Virus record (IMG/VR): IMGVR_UViG_3300048598_000539
Location: 1-34,992 of that record
Length of the DNA: 34,992 bases
Strand: one strand, 5' to 3'
Source of the DNA: a virus
Taxonomy: Duplodnaviria; Caudoviricetes
Under the pieces are notes generated by a model. It had not been told where the DNA came from, did no database searches, and saw only the letters and a list, made by a program, of their open reading frames with translations. This document shows positions 1-8,199 of the stretch, in pieces; position 1 is the stretch's first letter, and each line of letters begins with the position of its first letter. The position numbers were made by a program, and so were the translations under genes.

Positions 1-321
1 TCAAGATCCGCTGCCGCTGACCGCGGCCGTCGGAGCCGCGAAGGACTTCGACTCGACTCGGCTCAGCACGTAGACGCCCCCCAGGGTCAGGGCCGCGCCC
101 GCGGCGCTCCAAACGTCGACGCGCTCGCCGAGGGCCAGCGCCCCCGCGGCCGTGGCGATCACCGGCGACACGTAGGACCAAGAAGAGGTGAAGAGCGGTC
201 CCGCCTTTCGGACGAGCCAGAGATTGGCGCTGTGCCCGACGAGCGAGCCCACTACGATGAGGTAGGCGAGCGAGCCGACCGAGCCCAGGCTGATCGGAAA
301 TGATCGCTGCCCGGTCAGGGC
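1..321 (-). pseudogene. 3' remnant of host EamA/DMT-family transporter gene, interrupted by the prophage
   Basis: The frame extends upstream of the listed ORF (ALTGQRSFPISLGSVGSLAYLIVVGSLVGHSANLWLVRKAGPLFTSSWSYVSPVIATAAGALALGE...), an EamA second-repeat pattern. There is no plausible start, and the frame runs into AT-rich sequence with a stop at ~331. Confidence 0.8.
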
Positions 322-345
322 TGTAATTGATCATGAAGAATGATA
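322..345 (+). other. Predicted prophage left terminus (TG...); preceding bases AGGGC (317-321) are the candidate target duplication
   Basis: TGTAATTGATCATGAAG resembles the Mu left end (TGTATTGATTCACTTGAAG) and coincides with the EamA break and the GC drop. Confidence 0.75.
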
Positions 346-622
346 ATCATTGATTCCGTACTAGACTAGCCTATCTCTATATCTAATCAATCCTTAGCCC
401 TACGAAGCCCCCCTTGTACCCGTGACGCATCAACTAGCTTCTTCAGCCCTTCAACAGCCATTCGAGGGCTATTCAAGCCTCCTGCAATCAAGACCGTTCG
501 AATGCGTTTAACGCATTATATTATATAGAATAAGCGTTGGGCCGTTAGGGGGAGCCTACTCACGGCTCGTCCCGAGGTCGACAACCTGATCGACAACCAG
601 CAAAAGAGTAGCCCGCGAAGGC

Positions 623-1012
623 CTATGCAACGCCCATCGAATCGAAGAGCTCCGGCTGAGTCACAGGGTAGATATCCGTTCCAAGTACTCGAGAAAATCG
701 GCCCGCGTGACGTTCCACTCGCCCTCTACCTTCCACGCAGGCAGGATCTTGTCCTCGATCTCGCGATACACAGTGTCCGGCGAGATACGAAGGAGCGAAC
801 AGATATCCGAAACGATTAGGATCGGCGGCAACTCGTTTTCCAGCGCGCGCCGGGTCTCGGGTAGCAGCATGCTCGAGCACCTCCTGCCTCCAAAGTCGGT
901 ATTCGCTCCTCACCTTCACCCCCGATAGAACGCCGATCGAGAGCAAGTAATAGACGTGCTTGCGATCCTCACCGAGCAGCTCAGCGGTCTCCTTCACTAC
1001 AATAAAGCTCAT
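623..1012 (-). CDS. HTH_17 (excisionase-like) DNA-binding protein with long C-terminal tail
   Basis: N-terminal IVVKETAELLGEDRKHVYYLLSIGVLSGVKVRSEYRLWRQEV; ATGA coupling at 1009-1012. Confidence 0.7.
   Translation of the reverse strand: MSFIVVKETAELLGEDRKHVYYLLSIGVLSGVKVRSEYRLWRQEVLEHAATRDPARAGKRVAADPNRFGYLFAPSYLAGHCVSRDRGQDPACVEGRGRVERHAGRFSRVLGTDIYPVTQPELFDSMGVA
661..870 (-). CDS. Second HTH_17 (excisionase-like) protein, nested in another frame of 623-1012
   Basis: ILIVSDICSLLRISPDTVYREIEDKILPAWKVEGEWNVTRADFLEYL is a typical HTH_17; strong SD AGGAGGT 8 nt before the ATG. Confidence 0.8.
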   Translation of the reverse strand: MLLPETRRALENELPPILIVSDICSLLRISPDTVYREIEDKILPAWKVEGEWNVTRADFLEYLERISTL

Positions 1013-1194
1013 GCTCCGGCCTCCAGTTGAGTGTGGATGTGGTGGAGTTCGACACGGATTGCGACGAGTTCGAAGATGGCGCTAGCCGTCGATGACTCTA
1101 GTTTGTCCATCTGCCCGACTAAGTCGACGCACGTCTTTCTCGCCTTCATGAATCGCGCCATTTTAGGCGACAAAGGTACGCCGATCGTCGTCAT
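1009..1194 (-). CDS. Hypothetical 61-aa protein (MTTIGVPLSPK...)
   Basis: ATG at 1194 overlaps the gemA stop (ATGA); its own stop overlaps the next ATG. Confidence 0.6.
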   Translation of the reverse strand: MTTIGVPLSPKMARFMKARKTCVDLVGQMDKLESSTASAIFELVAIRVELHHIHTQLEAGA

Positions 1195-1661
1195 GCTTGC
1201 CTCGCGGCGCAGCCGGGCGTCGGTCCATCGGGATTCAATCCCGCGCGCCAGCAAATGTCCCTTAGCGCTAGGATCACCTTCGAAGCCTCTCCCTTCGTCA
1301 AGAACCGGAGGTCGTCGACCTTGCTGATACGCTTCACCATTGAATTGAGGCTCTTCTCGTCTTTTGCGCGCGACGCGATTTCCCATAATCCTTTGATGTA
1401 GTAGATCTGCCGCGTCGTGCAGAAATTCCCTTGTTCTTGCTCTTGAATAGCGAGCTTCTTCCTCTTGGCAGGCTGTCGCTTAAAACCGAGATTCGCGAAG
1501 GCTTTCATGACCTCCTCGAACTGCGCTTCCGTATCGATCTTGGAAGAACTGTCGACGCCCGCGGATCCAATGAGCAGCGCTCGATAGGCTTCATCATCGA
1601 GACCGCGATCCTTTCGCGCGAGGTGGATGAGGGCGAGCTTTTCTGATCGGCGGATCAGCAT
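1191..1661 (-). CDS. gemA: GemA (Mu gp16, DUF1018) regulatory protein
   Basis: LIHLARKDRGLDDEAYRALL...SSSKI...LGF signature. Confidence 0.88.
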   Translation of the reverse strand: MLIRRSEKLALIHLARKDRGLDDEAYRALLIGSAGVDSSSKIDTEAQFEEVMKAFANLGFKRQPAKRKKLAIQEQEQGNFCTTRQIYYIKGLWEIASRAKDEKSLNSMVKRISKVDDLRFLTKGEASKVILALRDICWRAGLNPDGPTPGCAARQA

Positions 1662-1828
1662 CGCTTTTTCTCCTTGCGACCTATACGTGGATCGCGCTTG
1701 GCGAGCCCTACCATCTCGGCGAACTTTTCAGGATGATCCTGAGCACAAGAAAAATGCGCTTCGTTGCCGTGGGAGCCTATCTTTGTTGCGCCTTGCTCGA
1801 TTTCCTTCCCGCATATAAAACACCTCAT
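1655..1828 (-). CDS. 57-aa putative zinc-binding protein (not in ORF track)
   Basis: MRCFICGKEIEQGATKIGSHGNEAHFSCAQ... has CxxC and HxxC; SD AAGGAGG; stop overlaps the gemA start region. Confidence 0.7.
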   Translation of the reverse strand: MRCFICGKEIEQGATKIGSHGNEAHFSCAQDHPEKFAEMVGLAKRDPRIGRKEKKRC

Positions 1829-1858
1829 GTCCTACTCTCCTCCTTGCCGAGCGCGGCG

Positions 1859-2044
1859 TCAGCCTTCGTAGTAGTTCCACGGGATAATTGAGTAGCCGCG
1901 AGCTTGCCCGAGCGGATTTAACTCAGCGGCTTTAGTGGCTTCGGCACGGTTTGTGTAGAGTTCGGCGTCTTCATGATCGTCTACGAGTAAGGCCGGGAGT
2001 CCGTGCCCCGCGTTTAATAACACGGCGTATTTTCTGCTCATCAT
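1859..2044 (-). CDS. Hypothetical 61-aa protein
   Basis: Operon orientation, purine-rich SD, fills the gap between neighbours. Confidence 0.6.
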   Translation of the reverse strand: MMSRKYAVLLNAGHGLPALLVDDHEDAELYTNRAEATKAAELNPLGQARGYSIIPWNYYEG

Positions 2045-2055
2045 TTCCCCTCGCC

Positions 2056-2415
2056 CTAGCGCTCGCGAAGGGCAGCGGCTATGCAGTCATATATCTCTCG
2101 AGCCACCTCGCCTTGTCTGGCACTAACCGAGGATGGGTATTGAGATGTAAACGACCGGAAGGAGCCTAGCCGGGCCTCGATACAATCGAGGAGATGCAGC
2201 TCTTCCTCGCTCGGCGCTGCCTTTGCGGGCATGAGTCGAAACGTGCTATAGAGGCAAGGCTCTCCTTTGACGTAGACGACATCGTCGTCGTGGTAGATGT
2301 TCCCGAAGTCGACGACCTCGATGTCGTCCAAGGTCTGGCCCGAAATAGTCGTGATCGAGAAGCGCAACTCTGCGCCTCTTCGCTCTGTGGCCGTTGCGAT
2401 TTTTAGGCTATCCAT
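2056..2415 (-). CDS. Hypothetical 119-aa protein
   Basis: SD GGAGG at 2421-2425; operon orientation. Confidence 0.65.
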   Translation of the reverse strand: MDSLKIATATERRGAELRFSITTISGQTLDDIEVVDFGNIYHDDDVVYVKGEPCLYSTFRLMPAKAAPSEEELHLLDCIEARLGSFRSFTSQYPSSVSARQGEVAREIYDCIAAALRER

Positions 2416-2428
2416 GCTGACCTCCAGA

Positions 2429-2541
2429 TAGTGAAGGAGGCGGGACTCGAACCCGCTCGGGCGCCTCGGAAGTCGGCAGTTCGTGGAGCGCTAACTCCCC
2501 GCGCGATCCTCCGCCAGGGTAGGCCCCGGCCCCTCTCCTTC
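2429..2541 (-). ncRNA. tRNA-like structured RNA (acceptor stem + T-arm + one long irregular stem)
   Basis: GAAGGAG/CTCCTTC 7-bp stem; T-arm GCGGG-TTCGAGT-CCCGC; 3' end A-CTA; no canonical D or anticodon arm. Confidence 0.65.
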
Positions 2542-2607
2542 ATGGGCGGGCGTTGCCGCCCGCAAGAACCTGCCCAAGCCGGACGTCCAGAACGGCCTGG
2601 GCCTGAC

Positions 2608-3201
2608 TCACGACGCGATGTCCAGATTGACGCGGTTGTACTTCCCCTTCTCGTCGCGCTTGTAGATGCGGATGTACTCCTTGGAGGAGTGGATCGTGAC
2701 CGAGTCGGAGATCGCCTCCATGGCTCGCCGCCACGTCGGATCGTCGATGTCGAGCCGCCGCAGGGCGAAGACGCGGCCGGTGTTGATCTTCCCGGCGCGG
2801 TCGACCGCGAACGCGTTATCCACGATCGCCTTGAGCTCGGGCCGCGCTCCATCGGTCCAGGTCTTCAGGCACTCGTCTACGAGCGCCTTGGCGGCCTGGA
2901 GGCGCTCGTCGAAGGTGATGCAGTCGGCGACCGCGAGGAGGACCTGGTACTCGCCGTCGAAGGACGTGAGCGTGATGTTCCCCTTGCTGCCGCCGATCTT
3001 CGCGCCGTACTGCTCCGCGGAGATCTCAACGAAGGCCTTCACGTCGCCGATTGCGCGGTCGCGGAAGCTCTTGAGCACGTCCGCGAGGTTGAGGCTCTTC
3101 CCGACGATCTCCCTGACGAGCTCGTCCCTGGCCCGGTCGACGGGCTTGATCATCTCGAGCGGTACGAACCGCCCTTGCTGGTCCTTCATGTATCCGTCCA
3201 T
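2608..3201 (-). CDS. DUF3164 family protein of Mu-like phages
   Basis: YMKDQQGRFVP...IKPVD...GSKGNITLTSFDG...FDERLQAAKALVDECL motifs. Confidence 0.88.
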   Translation of the reverse strand: MDGYMKDQQGRFVPLEMIKPVDRARDELVREIVGKSLNLADVLKSFRDRAIGDVKAFVEISAEQYGAKIGGSKGNITLTSFDGEYQVLLAVADCITFDERLQAAKALVDECLKTWTDGARPELKAIVDNAFAVDRAGKINTGRVFALRRLDIDDPTWRRAMEAISDSVTIHSSKEYIRIYKRDEKGKYNRVNLDIAS

Positions 3202-3215
3202 CTATCCCCTCCTTT

Positions 3216-3437
3216 CTACGCTGCCGGGCTAGGCCCTTCCGGGGCCTCGGCCTGGTCGATTTCCATGATCGAATAGAAGAGCCCGCGAAGGGCAAACAGC
3301 TCAGCGCGGGCGGCGCGCAGCTGCTCGAGAGCGAGCTCTCCGCGGAGGCCGGGATTCATGATGCCCTTGTCGATCTTCCCGCGGATCTCGTCGATCTTCT
3401 TGTCGACGGCCTCGAACTTAGTGCTGTCGAACGGCAT
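3216..3437 (-). CDS. Hypothetical 73-aa protein (MPFDSTKFEAV...)
   Basis: ATG at 3437 lies just after the DUF3102 gene stop, with SD GAGGG; the longer listed ORF is a shadow. Confidence 0.65.
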   Translation of the reverse strand: MPFDSTKFEAVDKKIDEIRGKIDKGIMNPGLRGELALEQLRAARAELFALRGLFYSIMEIDQAEAPEGPSPAA

Positions 3438-3439
3438 GG

Positions 3440-4378
3440 CTACTTCCCTCTCTTCTTGGCGCGGGGCGCCTTCTTCTTTTCCCCATCCTTGGGCGAGACG
3501 TTGCGCATCTTGCCCGCCATGGCCTTCCGCGACGAGTCGAAGGGCGCGTTCAGGATCCCGCGCTCCTCGCAGGCCTCGACCTTGGAGTAGAAGACCTCCA
3601 GGGCCATGGCTACGTTGTGGTGGACCTCCTGGAGAGCGTCCTGGTACTGCGGATCCTCGATGGACATGTCCACGAAGAGGTCGCAGACCTTCACCGGGCC
3701 GGTCTCGGGTCTGACGGCGTAGAGCTCGCCGTCCCGAAACGGCACGACGCGGTAATGCTTGAGATCCACGCCGGACATGGGCTTCTTCGAGAAGATGCTC
3801 TTGAAGTCCTCCATGGTCGGCAGGCCGTCGCTGGCATCGATCTCGCCGCGGCGGTGGATGTCCTCGGGCTCGGGCAGCGCCAGCTTCTTGACGCCCGCCT
3901 CGATGTACGCCTCCGTGAGCGATAGCTCCTGGAGGGCCTTGCGCGGCTCGAGCTTGTAGTGCTCGTAGACGCGCATGTAGTTGCTGGCAGAAAAACGAGA
4001 GAATGAACAATTTCCCTCCACCCAGGGTAGGAAGTCGCCATGCGGCAGTTCCGCCTTCACCTCCGCGAGCACCTTCCCGAGGGCGAACACGAGGACCACG
4101 GTCTTCCGAGATACGTCCTGCAGCGCCGCATGAAGGCTTGCGAGTTCGTCCCTCGCTTCCTCAGGTACCACGTGTCCGCGGCTCTTGAGCACGCGCTCGA
4201 CGAGGCTCTCCTGTTCGGCGGGCGTTGCCGCGAACGGCGCTTCTGTCTTCTTCTCCTGTTCGGGCGCGCCTGCCGCCACAACGGCGAGCGCGGTGGCCGC
4301 CTTGGCCGGCGCCGCGCGGCGAGAACCGCCGCCGAGCATCCCGAGTACGTCTCCCAATCCGGTTCTTTCCTTTGCCAT
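3440..4378 (-). CDS. DUF3102 domain-containing protein
   Basis: LGKVLAEVKAELPHGDFLPWVEGNCSFSRFSASNYMRVY motif. Confidence 0.82.
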   Translation of the reverse strand: MAKERTGLGDVLGMLGGGSRRAAPAKAATALAVVAAGAPEQEKKTEAPFAATPAEQESLVERVLKSRGHVVPEEARDELASLHAALQDVSRKTVVLVFALGKVLAEVKAELPHGDFLPWVEGNCSFSRFSASNYMRVYEHYKLEPRKALQELSLTEAYIEAGVKKLALPEPEDIHRRGEIDASDGLPTMEDFKSIFSKKPMSGVDLKHYRVVPFRDGELYAVRPETGPVKVCDLFVDMSIEDPQYQDALQEVHHNVAMALEVFYSKVEACEERGILNAPFDSSRKAMAGKMRNVSPKDGEKKKAPRAKKRGK

Positions 4379-4382
4379 CGTC

Positions 4383-5276
4383 TCACCTCATGAAGAAGCT
4401 CGCGCACCGCGCGGCGAACTCGGGCGTGGGCGCATCCAGCCCCGCCTGCCGAAGACCCCGCTGGGTCAGGGCGATGTGATGCACGAGGATATGCAGGCTC
4501 GCGCGCGCGGACGACGCGAAGACCTTCTCGGCCGCGGGATCTATCCCCGGCCAGACCACGTCGAGGATCTCGTGCACGTCCTTGTCGTCCACGTCGTCGA
4601 CCTTGAGCATCATGCCCACACGGTTCTCCAGCTGCCGGTGATCGCCGTGGAGGCTCTTGATGCGGTTCTCGATCCGGGGCAGCCCGGCGAAGATAAGGGC
4701 CGATCCGCCCTTGTCGTTGATCGCGATGCGCGCCCACTCCATCGCGTTGTCGGGGAGGTAGTCCGCCTCGTCGAAGATGACGATCATGTCCCGCCTCCGC
4801 AGCTCGGCGATGAGGCGCTCCGAGATCTCCGAGAGCCTGCCCTTCGTGTCTAGCCCGAGCTCCCGTGCGACCGCGATGATGACCGTGGAGAGGCCCATCG
4901 TCGGATCGCACTTGAGGAGGATCGTGTTCGGGTAGATCGCCTTGTACTCGTCCAGGGTCCGGGACTTGCCCGTACCCGAAGGTCCGAGCACGAGGCCGAT
5001 CACCTTCTCCTCGTGGGTGATGCGGATGGCGGTCTTGATCCGCTCCGTCCGCACCAGGGGCACGAAGGGTACGGCGCCCGCCTCGAGGCGGGCCTCTTGG
5101 AGATCGATCCAAGCCTTCACCTTGGCCTCGACGCCCGCCACGTCGCCCTTGTACTCGCCCTTGCGCCACTGCGAGAGGACCGAGGGCGTGTAGCCGATGG
5201 CGTTCGCAGCCTTGTTGTTCGAGATGTGCATTTTCAGGCAGTAGCCGTCGAACCGTGTTGCCAGATTCTTGTCCAT
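4383..5276 (-). CDS. MuB-like AAA+ transposition ATPase
   Basis: N-terminal HTH (LSQWRKGEYKGD), Walker A GPSGTGKS, Walker B IVIFDEADYL; adjacent to the transposase. Confidence 0.92.
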   Translation of the reverse strand: MDKNLATRFDGYCLKMHISNNKAANAIGYTPSVLSQWRKGEYKGDVAGVEAKVKAWIDLQEARLEAGAVPFVPLVRTERIKTAIRITHEEKVIGLVLGPSGTGKSRTLDEYKAIYPNTILLKCDPTMGLSTVIIAVARELGLDTKGRLSEISERLIAELRRRDMIVIFDEADYLPDNAMEWARIAINDKGGSALIFAGLPRIENRIKSLHGDHRQLENRVGMMLKVDDVDDKDVHEILDVVWPGIDPAAEKVFASSARASLHILVHHIALTQRGLRQAGLDAPTPEFAARCASFFMR

Positions 5277-5279
5277 CGT

Positions 5280-7220
5280 TTACTCCTGCTTACCTAGGAA
5301 ATCTAGAAATTCGTTGGCGTTCTTCCGCTCCTCCGAGCGGTTGTCCTGTACCTCGTGTCCCTCCGGGGCATCGCGCCGCGCCTCGCCCACCGCAATCGCG
5401 AGGGGCTCGGGCGTTTCGATCTGCTTCGCCGGGTAGCTTGCGGCTGCCATCTGCACGAGGCTCTGCATCCCGAGCGGGGGCTCGATCCTCGTGGAGTTCG
5501 CGCCCCGGACCATTTCGAGGGCCTTGCGCTTGGTGGCGCCGAGCCGCTCGTTGTCGGCCCGGAGGTCGCCCGACTCGATGAAGTAGTTCGCCCGAGCCGT
5601 GCAGATGTGCGCGCCCCGGATGTTGGATATGACGACCTCGTCGGGATTGGCGATCTGGCGCCGGACGATGACATCCTCGCCCTTGTAGGCAAGCAGATCG
5701 TCGGCCCAGTAGCTCACTCCGTCGAGCCTGACGCCGTTGCGGCCCACGGTTCTTCCCTCCGCTCGAGAGAACGCCATCGCCAGGATCTCCGGCGATACCG
5801 GGCGTAGGGGAACCGACTCCGCGGTGAAGACCTCGTCGGGCGTCCGGCCGTCCATGCCGGCGCCCTCGCCGTGCCATGCGGCGTTGAAATAGTCGATGAA
5901 CGACGCGAGCTCGCGCACGTACTCTTCCCACGAGTGCACGTCGTACCGCCGCGACTTTTTGTTTAGGGCACGCCAGTACAGCGCCGCGTCCTCAGGGCGC
6001 TCGACGGTGTTGGATCCCACATAGCCCTCCATGCGCTTGCTGAATAGCTGCGCGAAGGTCCCGAAGGTCCGCTCCATCCTTCCCTTCGAGGCGCCGTGGT
6101 AGGGCCGCGCGAAGGTCACGCGCTCCGAGAAGAGCGAGTAGGCGCCTTGGATCGTGACGAGCTCCTCTTCGAGGAAGCCCTCCTCGTTGTAGCTGCGCAT
6201 GGCCTTGGTCGCCCCGTTGAGCACGTAGGAGCGATAGTCCTTGCCGTTGTCGATGTGGATGAGCTTGCACGATCCGAAGCGCGACACGGCGAGGTAGAAG
6301 GCCAGGCTTATCGAGAGACTCGAGGGGTAGACCGAGGGCCAGAAGCCGACGATCTTCGACGAGCGGAAGTCCTGCACGGCCGTGATCCATGGCCGGAAGA
6401 GCTGCCCGTCGCGCTCCACGAGGAAGTCGAAGCAGTGGTGATCCGATACGAGCTGGTCCATGGCCTTGTAAAGGCCCATGTCCCGCTCGATGTACGGCAG
6501 ATCCAGCGTCTCCATCCGGCAGGCGCCGAACCTCCTGTAGTCCCTTATGATAGCCGGGATTGAGGCGAGATAGCGCGCGGCCGTCGGGTAGCTGATCTCT
6601 TCGCCCGGCAACGCCATCGTCGTCTCGATCCAAGCCGACCGCATGGAAGGCCGCGAGTCCTTGAGCCAGTAGAACTCCAGGTAGTCCTTCGCGAGCTCGC
6701 TCAGGGATCGTCCGGGGCCGGTCGCCCGCTTGCCCACCGCGTACTTGGGAACGAGCGCGGCAGGTGTGCTGCCTCCACGCTTATACTCCCGCAGCCAGCG
6801 ATAGAACGTGCTTGAGGCGACCGGACCGAGCTTGGAGAGAAGGGGGCCGGAAATCATTCCCCCGTTGTACAGCTCGACGAAGTCCTCCAGGCGCATCGTC
6901 TCCTTACGCGAGACGAACATGCCTATGAGAGCGGCCCGCATCTGCGCGGTCTCACGGTCCTTGTCCCGCGCGGCGAGAAAGAGCTCTTCTCCTTGCTCCG
7001 AGCGCTCCGGGAGCGCATCGTCGGCGAATACGGTCTTCGCCTCGATGAGCCCCTTCGCGATGAGGGCCGACAGCACGTCGCGGGGCATGGAGCGGGGAAG
7101 CCACTTGAGGTCCCGCCCTTCCCCGACGTGGAGCCAGTTCTCCTCGTCGGCTCGGTGCATGATCGCCTGGCGCGACAGCCCGAGGGCGCACGCTATGGCG
7201 GTCGTGGAGAGCTCGTTCAA
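5280..7220 (-). CDS. MuA-like DDE transposase
   Basis: Catalytic motifs SDHH..D / RPWITAVQDFRSSKIVG, IDNGKDY and SKGRMERTFG; GRTPDEVF; C-terminal Mu-transposase barrel (RTVGRNGVRLDGVSYW); TTG start with SD. Confidence 0.93.
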   Translation of the reverse strand: MNELSTTAIACALGLSRQAIMHRADEENWLHVGEGRDLKWLPRSMPRDVLSALIAKGLIEAKTVFADDALPERSEQGEELFLAARDKDRETAQMRAALIGMFVSRKETMRLEDFVELYNGGMISGPLLSKLGPVASSTFYRWLREYKRGGSTPAALVPKYAVGKRATGPGRSLSELAKDYLEFYWLKDSRPSMRSAWIETTMALPGEEISYPTAARYLASIPAIIRDYRRFGACRMETLDLPYIERDMGLYKAMDQLVSDHHCFDFLVERDGQLFRPWITAVQDFRSSKIVGFWPSVYPSSLSISLAFYLAVSRFGSCKLIHIDNGKDYRSYVLNGATKAMRSYNEEGFLEEELVTIQGAYSLFSERVTFARPYHGASKGRMERTFGTFAQLFSKRMEGYVGSNTVERPEDAALYWRALNKKSRRYDVHSWEEYVRELASFIDYFNAAWHGEGAGMDGRTPDEVFTAESVPLRPVSPEILAMAFSRAEGRTVGRNGVRLDGVSYWADDLLAYKGEDVIVRRQIANPDEVVISNIRGAHICTARANYFIESGDLRADNERLGATKRKALEMVRGANSTRIEPPLGMQSLVQMAAASYPAKQIETPEPLAIAVGEARRDAPEGHEVQDNRSEERKNANEFLDFLGKQE

Positions 7221-7483
7221 CGGCGCCTCCTTCTCTCCACGCGGCGCCTATTGGCGTCGAGGAGTTCGGAGATCTCCATGGCCAGCGCTACCTTGTCGCG
7301 CCTAAGCCCGGAGCATTCGATACGGAGGTCCCTGATGTTCCCGAGAAGAACGTCTCGGTGTTCGGTCAGCATGTCGATGACCATCTGTCGATTGGCCGAT
7401 ACCAGCCGTTCGCTCTGCAGCTCGTGCTCGAGCTTTTGGATATCGGCCCGCGCGAAGGCGAGCATCCAGAAGGGGCGTTTCAT
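7217..7483 (-). CDS. Hypothetical coiled-coil protein
   Basis: 4-bp overlaps with both neighbours. Confidence 0.7.
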   Translation of the reverse strand: MKRPFWMLAFARADIQKLEHELQSERLVSANRQMVIDMLTEHRDVLLGNIRDLRIECSGLRRDKVALAMEISELLDANRRRVERRRRR

Positions 7484-7806
7484 GATGCCGCCTCCTCGTA
7501 GTCCGCCTGGTGCTGTTGGACGACTCCCTGGGCGGCGATGAAGGCGGCTTCGTGCCGCTTGGTTACGCCCTGCCGCATCGTGAGGATGTCCACGAGCGTC
7601 ACGGCGGCCTCGTCTAGTTCCGAGCTTCGCCCGAGAGGCGGATTGTCGCGCCGCGAATACTCGATCCCTACTCTCCCGTTGCAGAAGCCGGGAACGTACC
7701 TCACGCCATAAGCGCGCAGGTTCATCTCGAGCTCGTCGCCCCGCCCTTCGTAGCTGATCCAGAGGACCTTCTTCTCGCGGTCGATTTGGCTAAGGTGCGC
7801 GCTCAA
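7480..7806 (-). CDS. Hypothetical protein
   Basis: 4-bp overlaps with both neighbours. Confidence 0.7.
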   Translation of the reverse strand: MSAHLSQIDREKKVLWISYEGRGDELEMNLRAYGVRYVPGFCNGRVGIEYSRRDNPPLGRSSELDEAAVTLVDILTMRQGVTKRHEAAFIAAQGVVQQHQADYEEAAS

Positions 7807-8087
7807 GCTGCCACCCCCTCCCTCGCGGCGAGGAGATCGGACCAGCTGTCGAAGCCGAGCTTGCGGGCTATCACCTTCTGCACGCGGCGAGAGGTCTTCT
7901 TCCCGTACACGACCGCGTGCACCATCTGGAAGGATACGCCTGCGCTCTTGGACAGCGAGATCAGCGAGAAGCCCATGAGCTTCATCTGGTACCCGATCCA
8001 GGCCCCCTGCTCCCGGTTAGGCTGCGGCCCCACCTTGGGCTTCTCCGCGTCGGGTCTTGCCTTGCGGATTCTCTGGTTGCGCGTCAT
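7803..8087 (-). CDS. Ner/Cro-like HTH regulator
   Basis: WIGYQMKLMGFSLISLSKSAGVSFQMVHAVVYG...RVQKVIARKLG; position at the head of the transposition operon; SD AAGGAGG. Confidence 0.78.
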   Translation of the reverse strand: MTRNQRIRKARPDAEKPKVGPQPNREQGAWIGYQMKLMGFSLISLSKSAGVSFQMVHAVVYGKKTSRRVQKVIARKLGFDSWSDLLAAREGVAA

Positions 8088-8090
8088 AAT
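8062..8090 (+). promoter_or_regulatory. Antisense sigma70-type promoter 1 (TTGCGG-17-CATAAT)
   Basis: -35 at 8062-8067, -10 at 8085-8090; the CAT of the -10 box is the ner start codon on the other strand. Confidence 0.6.
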
Positions 8091-8096
8091 GCTGTT

Positions 8097-8169
8097 GCCT
8101 CCTTGCCCCTCCGGGCGGGATGCGAAGGATGACCGTCGGCTCCAACCATCCGGTCATCCTTCTTCTTTT
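8097..8169 (+). ncRNA. Predicted antisense sRNA 1, covering the ner SD/leader
   Basis: Promoter upstream, 5' anti-SD CCTCCTT, 12-bp terminator stem plus T tract; paralogous to 8764-8835. Confidence 0.55.
8124..8169 (+). terminator. Intrinsic terminator
   Basis: GAAGGATGACCG (8124-8135) / CGGTCATCCTTC (8151-8162), then TTCTTTT. Confidence 0.7.
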
Positions 8170-8199
8170 ATGCGGCTCTTCCGAGCCGTCCAAATGCCA

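Noticed and set aside
989-999. 11-nt complementarity between the HTH_17 mRNA start and the 3' end of the tRNA-like RNA; TAGTGAAGGA also shared with 8786-8795
   Set aside because: Short, mostly buried in stems, and found by post-hoc scanning; could be chance.
1195-1386. Upstream extension of ORF 1009-1386
   Set aside because: Overlaps gemA; the coupled ATG at 1194 is the better start.
2429-2541. Calling the tRNA-like element a canonical tRNA gene
   Set aside because: No D-arm or 7-nt anticodon loop, 113 nt long, and ends CTA; reported as a tRNA-like ncRNA instead.
2431-5931. Long alternative ORFs (2431-3276 +, 3216-4010 -, 4057-5169 -, 5290-5931 -)
   Set aside because: Arg/Gly/Pro-rich shadow frames of well-supported high-GC genes, with no motifs.
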